This document shows positions 46,261-61,813 of a DNA stretch of 64,000 nucleotides, piece by piece (positions within the stretch are counted from its first letter, which is position 1; each line of letters starts with the position of its first letter). Source of the stretch: Neocallimastix sp. 'constans' (taxonomy: Eukaryota); the NCBI GenBank assembly GCA_050613775.1, contig JBODTK010000122.1, positions 434,001-498,000 of the forward strand. The letters run 5' to 3'. The position numbers and the translations under genes are program-made. The notes under the pieces were generated by a model. It worked only from the letters and a program-made list of their open reading frames with translations. It made no database searches and had not been told where the DNA came from.

Positions 46261-47790
46261 AATTTCATGAATAATTTCATATTAATTTAATATTTTTATT
46301 ACTTAAAAATTCATATAGTCTACTTTCAGTCCAAAATTCAAGGTCATAAATTAAAACTAAAAAAAATTTTAATTGTCATGACCAAAACTAGACTTCTACG
46401 TAAACTTGACATTTCAAAAAAAAAAAAAGCTAAGACATGTTAAAAAAATATTATAATAAATAAAATACAAAAAAATAAAAAAGAAATAGAAAAAAAAATT
46501 AAAAATAAAATTAAATTCTTTACTGTTATCGTTTCTTATGAGATATTATTTATATATATACATATACATATATATATTTTTATTTATTTCACTCGGATTT
46601 GCAACCTAATAAAAAAAAATTCAAATTATTAGTGAATAGTTTTAATTGAAAAAATTCTTATAAATATGAGTTTTAACTATTTATGATTCTATATTGATAC
46701 TTAAAATTACTTTATCATTGGTAAAAAAAATGAAAATATTAATAATAATAAATTATTTTATATAAAAAAGTGTAAAAGATATGAAATATCAAATGTATAT
46801 CAAAAAATTTAAAAAAATACATAAAGTGGAACAAATCATTTCCCACATAAATATAAATATATAAAAGTGCCATAATTAAATAACCATCCTAAAAACAAAT
46901 AAAAATACATGATAAATATAACATTATAATACTAATGATTCATGAATGAAGAAATAGTATGCATAATATGAAAATGTAAAAAAAAAAAAAAAAAATTAAT
47001 GGAATTTTTTTTTTACAGCTATAATTATTTCAAACTTTAACTTTGTTTATTTATTTATTCATTTATTGATTATATGAATATTTTTATTTTAAAAAACACA
47101 CAATTAATAAAAAATATATATTATTTGTCTAATTTTAAAATAACTATATTTTAAATAGTAATATGAAATAAAAAGTAATATTCAAAATAAAGTGTATAAA
47201 TAAATTCAGAAAAAAGTTCAAATGCAACGAACCTCATCTCCAAGATTATAAAATTTCTGTTTAAAAGGAATTTTTATTTCTGATTAGGGTTTGAATTGAC
47301 AATCTAAAATTTTTTTTATAGCCGAAATTATTGCGAACTTTAATCGTTTTTATTTATTCATTTATTAATTACATGAATATTTTTTTATTTTAAAAAAAAA
47401 TAACACAAAATTAATAAAAAAATAAATATTATTATGCAAAACTCTAAATGCTATATACAATTTTGTTTAATTTATATAGCATTTAGAAAACCAATTTCCA
47501 ATCGAGGATTACTATTTTTCAATAACAAAAATAATATTTTAATAAAAATTGATGTATTACATTTAATAAAAATACATTATATAATTAAAAGATAAAAAAA
47601 AATAAAATTTATGTAAAAGATTAAGTAAAAGGGAAAAAAAATAAAATTACACATAAAACAAATTTTAATTAATAATAGTAATTTAATGTAATAAAGAATA
47701 AAAATAAGTTTAAAAGTTAAAAAAATTTTGGTGTGATGTATGCTATGTGTAGTAACATGATCACAAGTTAAATCTAAAATAATAAAACAA

Positions 47791-48440
47791 AGAAGTAACA
47801 TCTTTAATATAGATAGTGTGGTATCCACTAAACTCTCCCCTGAACCACAAGAAAGATCATCAAAAGTTGAATAATGGTCTTCCTTTAGTAAACCCCATTA
47901 AATCCGATATAACCCCAAAGTAAAAAAATAATAATAATAATAATAATAATATTTTAATAAAAATTCAAGAGCTGCTGTACTTTTTTTTTTTTTAGACAGG
48001 GAAGAGAATACACTTCCAAAACTTTATTAATTTTATTTTAAAAAATAATGTAGGTGAAAAGTACATTTGAAATTAAAAATAAAAAACTTAAAAAATAAAA
48101 AAATAACAATGCTCGAAAATACTATGTATTTAGGCAAGTTGTACTATGCGGGAATTTTTCCCTTCCTAACAAATAAAAAAGAAATAAAACCTAGAAGTAA
48201 CATATTTAAAATAGATAGTGTGGTGTCCACTAAACTCTCCCCGGATTCATCATTTATTGAACTACTAGGGCGAGATTCACCCTTCGTAGAAATAGAAGAT
48301 GATCCTGTATTATCATTATGCCTTATCAGTACAACGTCGACGCTCTTGGTTAAGTTTGGTATTTTACAATACCTATCAAATAATAGTTCAAACGAACTAC
48401 TTATGAAAGGTATTGCAAGAGCTGCTGTAAATGTTGGGTA
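47791..48440 (-). mobile_element. Two related retroelement 3'-end fragments
   Basis: 50-bp block AGAAGTAACA...GATAGTGTGGTRTCCACTAAACTCTCCCC at 47791-47840 and 48193-48242 (47/50 identical); AGAGCTGCTGTA also duplicated; 48319-48346 matches the 3' motif of the LINE at 44675-44702. Confidence 0.6.
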
Positions 48441-48954
48441 ATTACACTATTAAATCTTGAAATCTTACTATAACGTGAAAAAAATAAAATTATTTTATGT
48501 ATATAATTATAACTTTATTATAAAACTATTTATTAGAGTTTTTCAAACATATTAAATAATATTTTTTCTTTTTTTTTTTTTTATTTTTCATTTTTTATAA
48601 TATTATTAAGTACCTTAAAATATTTTTCAAAAGAGAAAAAATTAAACAAAATTAAAAAAAAAAAAAAAATTATTAAATTATAATAATTTTATTATATTTA
48701 TATATATATATTATTATTATTATTATTTCTTTACTTGTTAATTATAAATTAAATGAAAATAAATAAATATTGAATATATATATATATTAAATATTATATT
48801 ACACATTTTAATTATTGCTTATACAAAACAAAAAATTCTTAAATTTTTTATTTTAAAAAACTATTATTTTTATTTTTATTATTATTATTATTATTTATTA
48901 ATTCAATTCATTTGAAATGTTTAAAAAAAAAAAAGTAAAAACTTATTTTCTTTC

Positions 48955-49013
<59 letters not shown>

Positions 49014-49316
49014 GATTTTTTTAATAATTTAATGTTATGAAATAAAATATTTTTTAGTTAATTTCCTAAGTATTTTTTTGTTATTTTTTTGCTTTTTCTA
49101 TTAACTTATAAATTATTAATATAGAATTGATTATGATATATATATATATCCATTTAGCGGGTATCTTGTTATATTTCAATTGAATTAATAATTTAATTTT
49201 TTTATTATTCGGTTTATACTACTATTACAATATGTTATTTTTTTTTTTAAGTTTTTTTTTTTTCTTACTTTTTTATCTTTATATGAAAAAAATTAAATTA
49301 TTAATATTAACTTTAA

Positions 49317-52300
49317 TTAAACTGGGGATATACCACGTTCATTAACAAGATATACTAAATCATTAACAGCTTCCAATATAGTAGCCATACTCCAGGCTTG
49401 AGTTGGACAACTACCTGGACAGACACTACCATTAGCATTAGTAAGCTCTGGAAGACCAGCAAATGGACTTATAGCTGTATCTAAAATGTGTTCTTTATGG
49501 CCTGTAATTGTTTTTTGAACTTCATTAATAGTTTCTGGATCATCCTTCATGAATTTAAGGTAAGCTCTAAGGAAGTAGCCCATGACCCAAACCCATTCTG
49601 GGCCATTGTGATAATTGAAACCATGAGCAACTGTTGGATCATCTGAATCATTGCCATTATCATAATATCCACGGTAATTCCAATCATTTGGATCGAGAGT
49701 CTTAATACCAAGTGGACCAGCTAAAATATTCTTTGCTAACTTCAGGCAATTCTTAGCATGTTCTGGTTCGAATAATTCTGGAGCTTCAACCATAGCAATA
49801 GCAAAGTTTGGTCTAAATTGATAATCAGTATATTGCAATGAAGACTTGTAAGTATCCTTATAGATACCGCGTCTATGAATATTCTTAGTTTGTTCTAATG
49901 GTTCATCATCTGGTTTTTCAACTGGAATATAGAAATGTTTTTCGAAATTCTTTTGAATCATATCATTCCATTGTTTGTAGGTAACCTTTTTACCATTAAC
50001 ATTGAATTCACTGAATGGATATAAATCTGGACGTTCTTCATGAACTTCAATAAGCCATTTAAGAGTAGCCTTAATAATACCAATAAATTCAATAGCGCAA
50101 CCATCACGTGGAGTTGATGGAGTACCCTTAGTACCTGCACGATCTGAATCACCCATTTTATCCATCCAAGTACCACAGTTCCAACGGTTGCCACCATAAA
50201 CAAAACCAGTTGGTTCATTGCCATCTTCACCAAATAAATCGGTATGAATATATTGGTTGAAACCTTCACTCTTCATAGCATGATCTAAATTAGAGCCAGC
50301 ATTCCATTCACGGAACTTAATTCCACACGCATGGCGTTCTAAAATTTCGTGTAATAATTCAGCAATGGTTGATCTGTATTTGTAGCAGTTTGGATCTGTG
50401 TACTCAATGAAAGCATCAGTATCTCTATCTTCAGCTTCACCTTCGGTGTATGGGCACTTGCCACTCTCAGTACGACGGTACTTCTTTGGTGGAACAAATC
50501 TACGTAAAACATCCGTCTTTAAAAAGTCTAAACCTTCTGGAGATTCTGTACAGTAATGATGAACAGCCGAACAGTAATACCATACAGCATCACGTGCATT
50601 ATAACGTGGACGACGACCACTATCTAATAAGTTTGGAATTAAACCATGCTTCAAGCAACTACCAAACGCAATAAGGTGTACCTTAGCAGCATCATAATTA
50701 CCAGTTAAAATGAAAATACCTCTTAAACATAAGAATATATCTCTACCCCAACAACGCATATGACATGTTGAAAAGTGTGGTAAACCAGCTGCTAATGAAG
50801 GTACTGGTAAATTACCCTTAACATTAAGACATGACTCTGGAATATTTAACGTATATTCTTTAGGGAATAAGCCAGTAGATTTTACTCTACCATAAAGTTG
50901 AAGTGATACCATAGCTAAACTATGAGTAAATAATTCGAGGGATGAGGTACAGTTATCACTTTTATTATCAGCACGGTTAGTAACTAAATCTCTATTAATT
51001 AAGTTAGTCATAAGTGAAAGTGCACGATAACGACAAGCATGATAGGCAGAGAACATAACGATAGCAAAGTACTTTGGAATTAAATCAGCTGGTAATGTCT
51101 TAACTAAATTTAGTCTTTCACTTAACCAATCATGAATTTTTTTAAGATGTGGATAGTATTCCATGTACCTTTATTAATTTAAATTTAATTTTTATTAAAA
51201 AAAATTAATAAACATATTTAAATTACTATTTTCCTATTTTAATACTTTTAACAAACATCTAATATTCAAAATAATATTCAATTAAAATACATACTTGTTT
51301 AATCTACCGATAGTGTAATCTAAAGCCCATGGACCTTCTCTTAAATTGCCACATAATGGATGGCCTAAATCATTATTTCTTGCAATTGGTTGTAATACTG
51401 ATACAAAACCTTGTAAACCACAATATGATAATGCGCCATAACCTGGAACTTCATAAATTTCATATCCTTCAATATTTTATTATATAAAAATAATATAAAT
51501 ATTTTCATTAATATATTTGTTATATTATTTTATGTTATTTTTGATATAAACTTTTTTTTAACAGTAATTAATAGTATAATTACAAACAATTAATTATATT
51601 CTTTTTATTATAGTTATTATTATTATTACTGATTTATTTATTTGACTTTTATTTTTTAATGGTTAGACCAATATATCATTTAAACTTAATCTTATGCCTA
51701 TATATTAATTAATTATTTTGAATAAATATAAAAATGTAATTTATTCTTATTTAAAATTTTTTCTTCACTATTTAATAAATGTTTTGTTCAATTTTTCTCT
51801 TGTATATGAATTTTATTTTCGTTACTTATTACTATTACAATATTTGAATATTCATATTTATTATCTTTTTTTATTTTTAATATTATATATTAATTTTATT
51901 TTTTTTTTTCTAATTGTAATTTATTAAATATATATTTTATTTAAAATAATATTTCAAATTTTTAATAATTCAAAATATGATTGCTCAAAATTTTCCAATA
52001 ATTAAATAAATATAGTCTTTCTTATTACTTCATTTAAAAAATAATCCTGTTCAATGATTGTTTATACATCCAATATTACTCTTTAATACTTAATAATTAA
52101 ATGTTGAAATTTCTAAAATTTATTTATTGAATATATCTTCATATAAATTTATATACTTGACCATTCTATACTCAAAATTTTTTCTTATTATATTAATATA
52201 TATTATATAAAATTATTATTATCCTTACCAATAGTATCAAATTCTTCTGGTCCACTTCTGTATAATACAACATTCAAATCAATAGCGTCTAAATCATTTA

Positions 52301-55300
52301 CTGCTTCTAAAAGGCCTGGTGGCCATTTTGTATCTTTGTCAATCCATGATTTAGCTCCACTACTCATGAAGTCTAAACCAAGTCTAACAAGCATTGATGC
52401 AGCATCGCATCTTTCTTCAATGCCCATTAATTTACGAAGTTCTAATAAACGTTGTTCACGTTCTCCAAATGTTCTTCTATAAGGTGATTCGCCCATTGAT
52501 TGTCTTGGATTAATACCGTTACCTAATACCCAAGTTCTGAACAATACTACACTACCGTTTTTAAATTCTTCTGGTTTTACAACAATAAAAGTAACTTTAT
52601 TTGAATCGTGATCCTTTGCTTCTAATACTGTACAAAGTTTAGTTTCTTTAGTACTAAATTCTAAAATACTTGGAAGACCTGTGATAAGTTCTGAATTCTT
52701 TGATTGATCTATATTACGTATTTTTGAATATAAATTTGAGTTTTGGTGAACGTGTGAAGAGGTTCTTTGAGTTGGGAATGGTTGTAAATTAGCTTGATTG
52801 GGATATGAAGCATAGACAGTGAGTCTTGCACTCTCCATTAACATTACAGCAGTTTGACGTAAGTTGATTGGTTCATGGTCTATAATATAATCGGAGTTAA
52901 TATATTTAAATATAATTTAAAATTTTTTAATTTAGTTTAATAAATATTTAAATTTAATTTTAATATACATTCAAATTAATAAAATAATATAAATATAATA
53001 TAAACTTTATTCTAAATTTAATTTAATATATATATGACTATATCTACTTAATTAAACTTATTTTAAAATTCTTATTTATATGGATTATTTTCATAACAAT
53101 AATATTTTAACGTTTTTAATTTAATTAATAATTAAAATTTTTAATTATTTCTATTTAATATAAATTAATTAAAAAGCATTTTTTTCCCCATCTTTATATT
53201 ATTTTTAATTGATTTTTATTTTTTGTTTTTCTGTTTTAATTTAACTTTTCATTTTGTTTTTATTTGTATTCTTTTTTTTTTTGTTATTTCTTTGTAGTTC
53301 TAATTTTTAACCATATCTATTCTTATGATATCATGAAATTTATTTCTGTATAAAACAATCTAAATGAATTATTTATATTTTAACTTTCTGTATTTATCAT
53401 TTTATCTATTATTATTCTAAGATTAAATATTGCTGAGAATATATTAATATATATTTAAACTATTAATTATTAATTTTGTTTTTGTGTAATAATAAATTTT
53501 TATTATATCATTCCATAAATCTATTTGAAATTAACCCATATAAAATTAAATAATTTTATATTAAATAAAATTATATGCTTTTACCTCCTTCACCATCACC
53601 ACGGAAGGCTGTTCTTATAATAGCTAAATAACCATCATGATTAATTGGATGTTTTCTATGAATAGAAATGAACTATATTATATATATTTTTTTATATTTA
53701 TTAACAATTTTTATATTTTGAAATTTTTAATTGTATTTTTTATATATTTTATTAAATATAATTTTCATAATGTATTAATAAATTTTATATATTTAAATTT
53801 AAAGTACATACATTAGTTTCATGATGAACATGAATTTCAGAATAACCTTCTTGTGCAAGTTGGGTGTGCAATTTTTGTAAAATACTTTTTGCTTTTAATT
53901 TTTTAAAAATATAAATTATTTAAAATTTTATAATTTTTTCAAATTTTGTTATAATTTTTTTATATTTCATCTAATAATAAAATATTTAATTCTTATTTAC
54001 CTGGAATAATACCATCTTCCATATCTGGTATTCTGTACTTTCTCTTTTCTGTTACAACATTTAGTAGTTCTGGAACAATTTCATCATAACCTCTAACACT
54101 ACCACAAGCACAATTTGTCATACAAACAACGGCTGCATTAGATAGAGTATCTTCAGCAGTACGTTTTTGATATGGTGTTTCATTATCATGAGTACAATCC
54201 ATAAATAATGCATGTGGACTAGCACCTTTAAGGTCAATAACAATTTTGTTTTTAATAGCATCAGTTTCTCCAAGTAAATCATGTGGGAAATAATTTGAAT
54301 CAATAGTAAATGAACCTTTTTTTATATAATTCCAATTAAATTCAAATTTTTAGTTTTTATTTAGTATATTTTCAAATATTTTCAAAAAGAAAAGTTATTT
54401 ATCTTACCAGCTGGTTGACCACCATGACGATGAGCAAGTCTACTTAATTCAAATGAATCCCATGCATTCATAGCTTCACGAATTAATGAATTAATACCTA
54501 ATTTAGAAACATAAAGAATATCTTTTTCTTCAGAACCAGTAAATAACTCTGCAATAACATATAAATCTGGTCTTTCTCTTCTACCAACATCTAATAAATA
54601 TTGAGCAAGATGAATTGGTGTTGAGTGACAATTATCAATACGGAAACCATGGAATAATTTAGCCATTGTTCTTGTGTATTCAGCCATATGATCCCATAGC
54701 CATGGATTATCATCCTAAAATTATAAAAATTTACATAAATATTAATTTATATATTTCATTTTTCTATTTTTTTATATAAATCTATATTTTATTTTCTTTA
54801 ATTTAAAAATTAAAATTAAAACTTACTCTTTTTTGTCCATATCTAAGCTTTACACAATCTCCCCATGCAATAACTTCACGACGTAAATATGCACTAGAAT
54901 TTGGACCGGCAAAATCTAACAATGGATCAGCATTCCAAATCCATCCATTATTAGCCAATACAAGAGAATCTGGATGATGTTTCTTAGTAACTTCATTCAA
55001 TGGTAAAACAGTAAAGCAAACATCAACAAGTGGCATTCTGTTTAATCAAAACATGTTTTTATAATAAATATACAATAAATAAATTATTATATTATTTTTT
55101 TTAATAAATATACAATAAATAAATTATTAAATTATTTTTTTTTTAATAAATAGAATTTATTTCATTAAAATTCATTTCATTATTATAATATATATATAAT
55201 TAAAAATAATAAAAAAATTAATTACTCTCTACAAATACGTCCAAGTCTTGGTCCATGACCAGCTAAACGAAGATATCTAGCACGATTAGCAATGTTTTGG

Positions 55301-57104
55301 AAGATAACAGCAACATCTTCATCATAAGTACGATAAAACTCCATATTAATTTCATTTAATATCTTTTCATATTCTCTGCACATATAATTGATATTACTGT
55401 AATCAATATTTTGAGCTTTACATAAAGCATGAATGAAATCAATTGCAATTGATGTTTTTATCTTCTTTGGAAAACGAACTCCATTACCAATAGAGTATAA
55501 GGCATCATTCTTTAATAAAATAGCACGATCCTTTAATGGCATTGCAGCAATATTAACATTATCATACATACCATTAGCTTCAGATACAGTAGATTTAGCA
55601 ATTGTTTCTCTAAATTGATCAATTAAAGTTTTTGTATCCATAACAAAATATTCCCATAAACGAAGTTTTGGGAATACTTTAGTTTGATAGCATTGTACAA
55701 TTTCATTTAAATCATGTTCATCTTTCATAATATCACTCTTTCCATAAACATTAGTAATATCTTCAGAAAAATCAATAAGTGATTTATCTAATTCATAAGC
55801 AGGTCTTAAATGTGGAGAATTAACCAAATTATAACCTAACATTTTTAAATTTATAATGAATATCATTAAAAACATAATACTAAATTAATATCTTAAGTAA
55901 ATATTTATATACCTGCTTCTGGGTGTTCTTGAAGCCATTCACTATTATGAGCTGTATGGTTCCAAACAACATCGGTAACACTTAAAATACCTAAATCAGT
56001 TCTCATAATTTCTAATACTTGTTTAAGCATCTTTCTTTTAACATGTTCAGAGCATTTAATATCAAAAACATCATCATCAATAGATAATTGATCATAAATG
56101 GAATATGGAGAGTTGGATGATCCACGTTTTTGAAGGGGAACAAAATGAACCATATTATAACCTGTATCAGCACTAACCTTAAAATATGGCAACCATTTAG
56201 TAATAACCGGAAGCCATTTTGGAACAACAGTTTGAATTACAATACCATCTAATGGAGTAATAACAGTTTTATTCGGATCTGAAGCACTACGAATATATAA
56301 TCTTGGGTCTACTAAAAACGTACCAGTTAATGCTGAACGGCAAAGATTCTTATTAATATCTTGATATTCTACATAATAATCAAAAACACCTGGTCTTGTA
56401 ATTTGAAATTCACAATATCCATCAGAAACAGTATCGTATATAAATCTATTTTTTATTATTTTTATAATTTTTCATACAATTTATATCATTAAAATTTTAT
56501 TTATAATTTCATATTTTTTATTCAATTCAGTGTATAATTAAGAAATATAATTTAATTTAATAATTTATTATTTTAATAATATATATTATTATTTAACAAA
56601 TATATTAATTATTAATAATTTTGATTATTAAATATAATAAATATTACTTACGGTTTTGAATTAAATGTATCCCTTTCAAATTCTTCGCTACATATTTTAA
56701 ATATATTTAATATTATTAAGTATTTTAATTAATTTATTATTTCTAAGTAATATAATCTTACATATATTACACATATTTATACAGTTTATATAATATTTAA
56801 TAATTGATTTACCCTTCATTTGGATAATTTGTTCTTAAAACAGCATGATGTAATGCTGTACATCCTGCTGTTAATGTAAAACAAATGGTATATGGAACAG
56901 TCTTTGTTGGTGGGGGTAATCTTATAAACTAATTTATTTTATTTTATAATAAAATTACATAAGAATTAAAAATTAAAAAATAAAAAAATAAAAAAATAAA
57001 ATAAAAAAGCTCAAATATATTTATATATTCTTATTAATTTTTACCTTTTCTCTACCGTTTGGTGATCCATCATCAGATAAACGAAGAGCAAATGTCACTG
57101 GCAT
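49317..57104 (-). CDS. GDB1: Glycogen debranching enzyme (4-alpha-glucanotransferase / amylo-1,6-glucosidase), multi-exon
   Basis: Start [13 protein letters not shown] at 57104; [80 protein letters not shown]. Confidence 0.96.
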
Positions 57105-57590
57105 TGCTACTTTTTTTTTTATTTATTTATTTTAAATATTATTTTATTATTTTTTTTTTTTATATATAATATCTTTAAAATAATATAGATATTATTATAA
57201 CAAGTAATATATTAGAGTGATATAATTAAAAATAAAAATATATATAATTATGAATTAAAAAATATATTAAAATTTAATTTAAAATATAAACTTATTTTTT
57301 TATTACTTTATTAATATATATATTATCTTATATGCAATATTCACAAAAAGGATTAGTAATTTTTAAATTTAACTACTAGTATTAAATCTTTTTTATTCCT
57401 GTTTTATTGAAGTATAGTTATTTTTGATTTAATACCTAAATTATTTAACAAACTAAATATATATATATATTATTAATTTTTTTATTAATATATCACCTTG
57501 TAAATTAAATTATATAAATAAAAAAAAAAATAATAATAATAATATTTTTATGATAATAAATTATTAAAAATAAAGAGAAAAAATAGAAAT

Positions 57591-57621
<31 letters not shown>

Positions 57622-58577
57622 TTAATAATTTATTATTAATTTTAATCAGATTAATAATTGAATAATAAACTATAATATATTGTCTTATTATTATTTGTAT
57701 TATTTTTGTTGAATTTATTAAAGATTTTAATGAATTTATTTCTTTTATATATATAAATTAATCATTCATTTTTTCTATATTTTATTATTAATTATCAATT
57801 TATTATTAATATATAATAAATTTATTTTATTTCATGTATTATCCCTTTAATAAATTATATATTATGATTACTTTTTATGATTCACTATATTATATATATA
57901 TTACAAATATATATATAATTTTCTTGCTAAAGAAAAAAAAATAATAATTAAAAAAATAACTCCACGTAAAAAATAATTATAAACTATTTTTGTAATTTTG
58001 AATATATATATATTAATATTTAAAATATTTTTTATAAAAAAAAAAAATTAAAGAAAAAAATTAAAACTTTTTAAAAATAAACATACATGATATTAAAAAG
58101 AAAATATTTTAAACTAAAATATTTATTTATAATTAATAATTTATTTTATATATATTAATATTTATTCATTTAATAAATAAATTTTAGGTATATATAAGTA
58201 TAGGCATATACTAAAATATGAATATATAAATGTATAATACATATGTTTATTCAGTTTTAATATATAAATATATTTATTTGTGTATATATAATAAATAATT
58301 ATATTATTTTTTGAAATAATTAAAATATTAAAATTAATATAATTAATAAAATTTGATTTTATTGAAAAGTTTATTTATTAATTAAATTTAATTAAAAAGG
58401 TAATTACAAGGTCTAAACATAAAATAAAGTCATGCTTTTTATATGCATTTATAATATGGCGCATTAAATTAAATCATTTTCTATTACTAATGTATTGATC
58501 ATGTGAATAATAATAAATTATTCTTAAATTCTATGATAATTAATAAGAAAAACTAAAATTACTAATTAAATTATTTT

Positions 58578-60062
58578 TCATATTTTAACATTCATTCTCA
58601 AATTAAATTTTTTATACAAAATTTTATTATCGAATTTAGTCATTTTAGTACCATTAACATTTTTGGTTAATACATCTACTAACATTTCATATTTATTTAT
58701 ATATTCTAATTTTATTAGGTTCTTTTCAATGTAGTCTTTATTGAGATAGTACTTTATTACTATATGCTTTAATTTTGTATTTAAATCCCCGTTTTCCATG
58801 CTTGTTTCTCTAAAAAGATTATCAGTAAATAATTTTATTAGCTTGTTAAATTTAAATATTTCATTTAAAATATTTTTAAATCATAAAATCTTTTTTATGA
58901 ATTCTGAAGTGCTGATGTATTCTGCTTCAGCAGTTGATATTGCTACTATAGTTATTTATATTATTTATTTATATTCTTTAGTCCCATTTAAGTATTTTAA
59001 TATGTTTATTACCCTTTTCCAATCACTTATTGTTGGTTTTTCACAGTTTCTTGCTGCTATATGTACAGCAAATGTGATGTTTGGTCTTGTATATTTTGAT
59101 AAGAATATTATTGCACCAATGGCACTCTTATATATTGTTTTATTAAATTCTTTTTTATTTTCTTTTTAATATTATCAACAATACATTGTGTTTTTGACTT
59201 TTTAATATTATTTATGATTAATCTTTCTAATATATTGTTTTTATAATTCTTTTATAGAATTATTCATATTATGATAAATTTTATTTGAATTATTTTAGTT
59301 TTTATGCATTATTTCTAAATTATATACTTTTATATTTTATCCATTAAATTTATGATTATTATTCAAAATTCATTATTTGAATTATTTATTTGACTATTAT
59401 TTGAATTTTCATTATTTGATTGGTTATTATTTACTTTATTATTACTGAAATTTTCATTGCTAGATTCATTATTATTTGTTTAACGACTGTATTGAACTCA
59501 TCACCTTTCGATTCGTAATTTGAAGTATTATTACCATTAGAACTAATTATAATAGGTTAAGTTGTGGTATTGAACTCATGATCATTTGTTTCATTCTCGA
59601 GACTTTCCGATTGAACCAAAGTCATATCTATGTAATTGTCATTATCTACAGGTTCGTTTTCCATGAATACGACTCCCCTTATAAAGTGTATAAATTTATT
59701 ATTTTTATTCAAGATGATATAACTGGTCGATATTTTGTCATAACCAAGATGGATTCCTTCATTTTCATTAGGTCGAAATTTATGTATATTTTGAATTAAT
59801 ATTTTATGGAATGACTTACATCCGAATACTTTTAGGCATTTTAAATTTACTTTTTCATTATGAAAAATTTCATATGGTATTGAAAAGTTAACACCAAAGT
59901 GTGGAGTAATATTATAAATAAATTTTACATGTTTTGCTGCATAATCCCAAAATTCAAGATTTAACTTACTCCATTGTAATTATGATTTTGTAATTTTTAT
60001 TAATGTTCGATTGAAATGTTCAATCAAACCATTATTTTCATAGCTATACGGAGGGGAATATA
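58578..60062 (-). mobile_element. Ty1/copia LTR retrotransposon pol remnant (integrase C-half, RT end, RNase H), internally deleted
   Basis: Minus strand: NGLIEHFNRTL, FWDYAAKH..YNITPH, LKVFGCK (integrase); YKSAIGAIIFLSKYTRPNITFAV (RT); AISTAEAEY, KHIVIKYY, MLVDVLTK (RNase H). INT-RT-RH order is copia-type. Confidence 0.85.
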
Positions 60063-60068
60063 ATTTAA

Positions 60069-61065
60069 TTAGATCATTTTTTTCACAATATTTATGAATT
60101 TATATTTTATGTGGTCTTTTACTTCATTAAATTTTCCCGTCTCTGTCCAATAATTACATATTTTATTATTCCATAAAGCAGAAGTTATTGACAATGGATT
60201 AAATATTTTTTCACCAGTATTACTTAAATATACTTTATACCACTTTTCTAAATCTCTATAATTTAATTTGTTATTTTCAAGGCAAAGTTTACGAACTTCT
60301 TTTTTGGTAAGCCCAAAGTATTCATAATATTGATCATCTTTTAACATTGAATATTCGGCAAAAAAATTTAATATCGCTTGGATAGTTCCTTTTGCAGGTG
60401 TTAAAATACCTGTCATGTAAGGCTTATCCTTTAATAAAACATTCAAATAAGATAAATATATTTTCCTATCTTCAGCTGTAAATATATCATCTTCATTAAA
60501 GATATAATACCATTCATCTATTACAAAAATAAATTTTTCTTTTGTTTTACAGTATAAATAACTTAAATACTTTAATAATTTTTTATTTTTTTTAATTTCA
60601 TGTATTTTAAAAATATCGTCTAATTCTTCTATTATTTCATTATCCAATATACTTAAATATTCGCTTAAAGTTAAGTTTTCATAATCTTTAATACCTGAAA
60701 ATTTTAAATATATTGTATAATACTTTCCTAGAGTTTCTTCATAGTTTAATTTCTTTTTTTTTAAAACTAGTATTTTCAGTTTCTAAATCTTCTGTGTTAT
60801 TAGTTATTGTTTCAGATTCAATGTTTTCTTCTTTTGAAATATTTAAGTTGTCAAATATCTTTTTAAGTTTTTCTTTATCCTTTTCATTATTAATTTTACT
60901 ATAATATGCAATATTCATAGCGGCTATTGAAGATTTCCAAATCTTCTTGGTTTTGAAATACATATGTATCTTTTATTCTTTTGAAATAATTCATTAAATT
61001 TAAGAATTATATTAGATTTATCAACAAAATATTCACTTTGATATAAAATTTCAAATTCATCATAT
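60069..61065 (-). pseudogene. Bacterial-type AAA-ATPase-like protein (AAA-ATPase_like / PD-(D/E)XK-associated family) pseudogene, intronless and 3'-truncated
   Basis: YFVDKS..ICISKPRRFG/KSS (frameshifted Walker A variant), FIFVIDEW (Walker B), MTGIL, EYFGLTKKEV, LEKWY, IFNPLSI, NYWTETG. Confidence 0.8.
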
Positions 61066-61633
61066 TCAATAATACTATCTACGTAAACACCAATTATTTA
61101 ATAATGATAGTTTAATTTATATCAGTTGAATATTTCTTTCCTTTCAATATAGATCATTAATCATTATCTCTATCTACTCAATTTTTTTTATGTATATACA
61201 CATAAATAAATTAAATAATCAATTTAAGGATTCTCAAAAGTTGTTTGTAATAGTTGAAATAATATATTATGTCCATTTATTCATTTGTAGTGGCGCATAT
61301 ATTATAATGTATGGCGCATAGTTAAAGAAAAAGATTTTTGATTTTAATTATGAGACATACATTACAATTATTATTTTACAATTAATTTTAGTTATAGTTT
61401 TTAAATTTTGTAGGACTAAAATACTCATAAATAATATATTTTTAAGTGCTCATTATTATGGATAAATAACTCTCTTTTTAAAAATTTTATATTATATTAT
61501 AAATATTTGAATAATGATAAAAATAGTTATATTTATTATTAATATATTATTTTAATTATTGAATAAATATACATTTAAAGTATTAAAAAAAATAATAATA
61601 ATAAAATTCATATATTATATAATGTTTTTAATA

Positions 61634-61813
61634 TAAAATAAAATAAAATAAAATAAATAGTAGAATATTAAATATAAACTACATATTGAATAAAATAAAA
61701 TAAAATAAATAGTAGAATATTAAATATAAACTACATATTGAATAAAATAAAATAAAATAAATAGTAGAATATGTATATAAAGTACAGATTGAATAAAATA
61801 AAATAAAATAAAA
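61634..61813. repeat. 52-bp tandem repeat x3, same family as 15345-16035
   Basis: TAGTAGAATAT cores at 61658, 61710 and 61762, each followed by (AAAAT)n; third core ends AAAGTACAGATTGAAT. Confidence 0.9.

Noticed and set aside
58450..61320. ATGGCGCAT words at ~58456 and ~61291-61319 as paired LTRs around the copia/ATPase block
   Set aside because: Identity does not extend beyond about 15 bp, insufficient to call an LTR pair.
61634..61813. CRISPR-like appearance of regularly spaced repeats (also 45935-46072 and 15345-16035)
   Set aside because: Spacers are identical or microsatellite rather than unique, there are no cas genes, and the context is eukaryotic.
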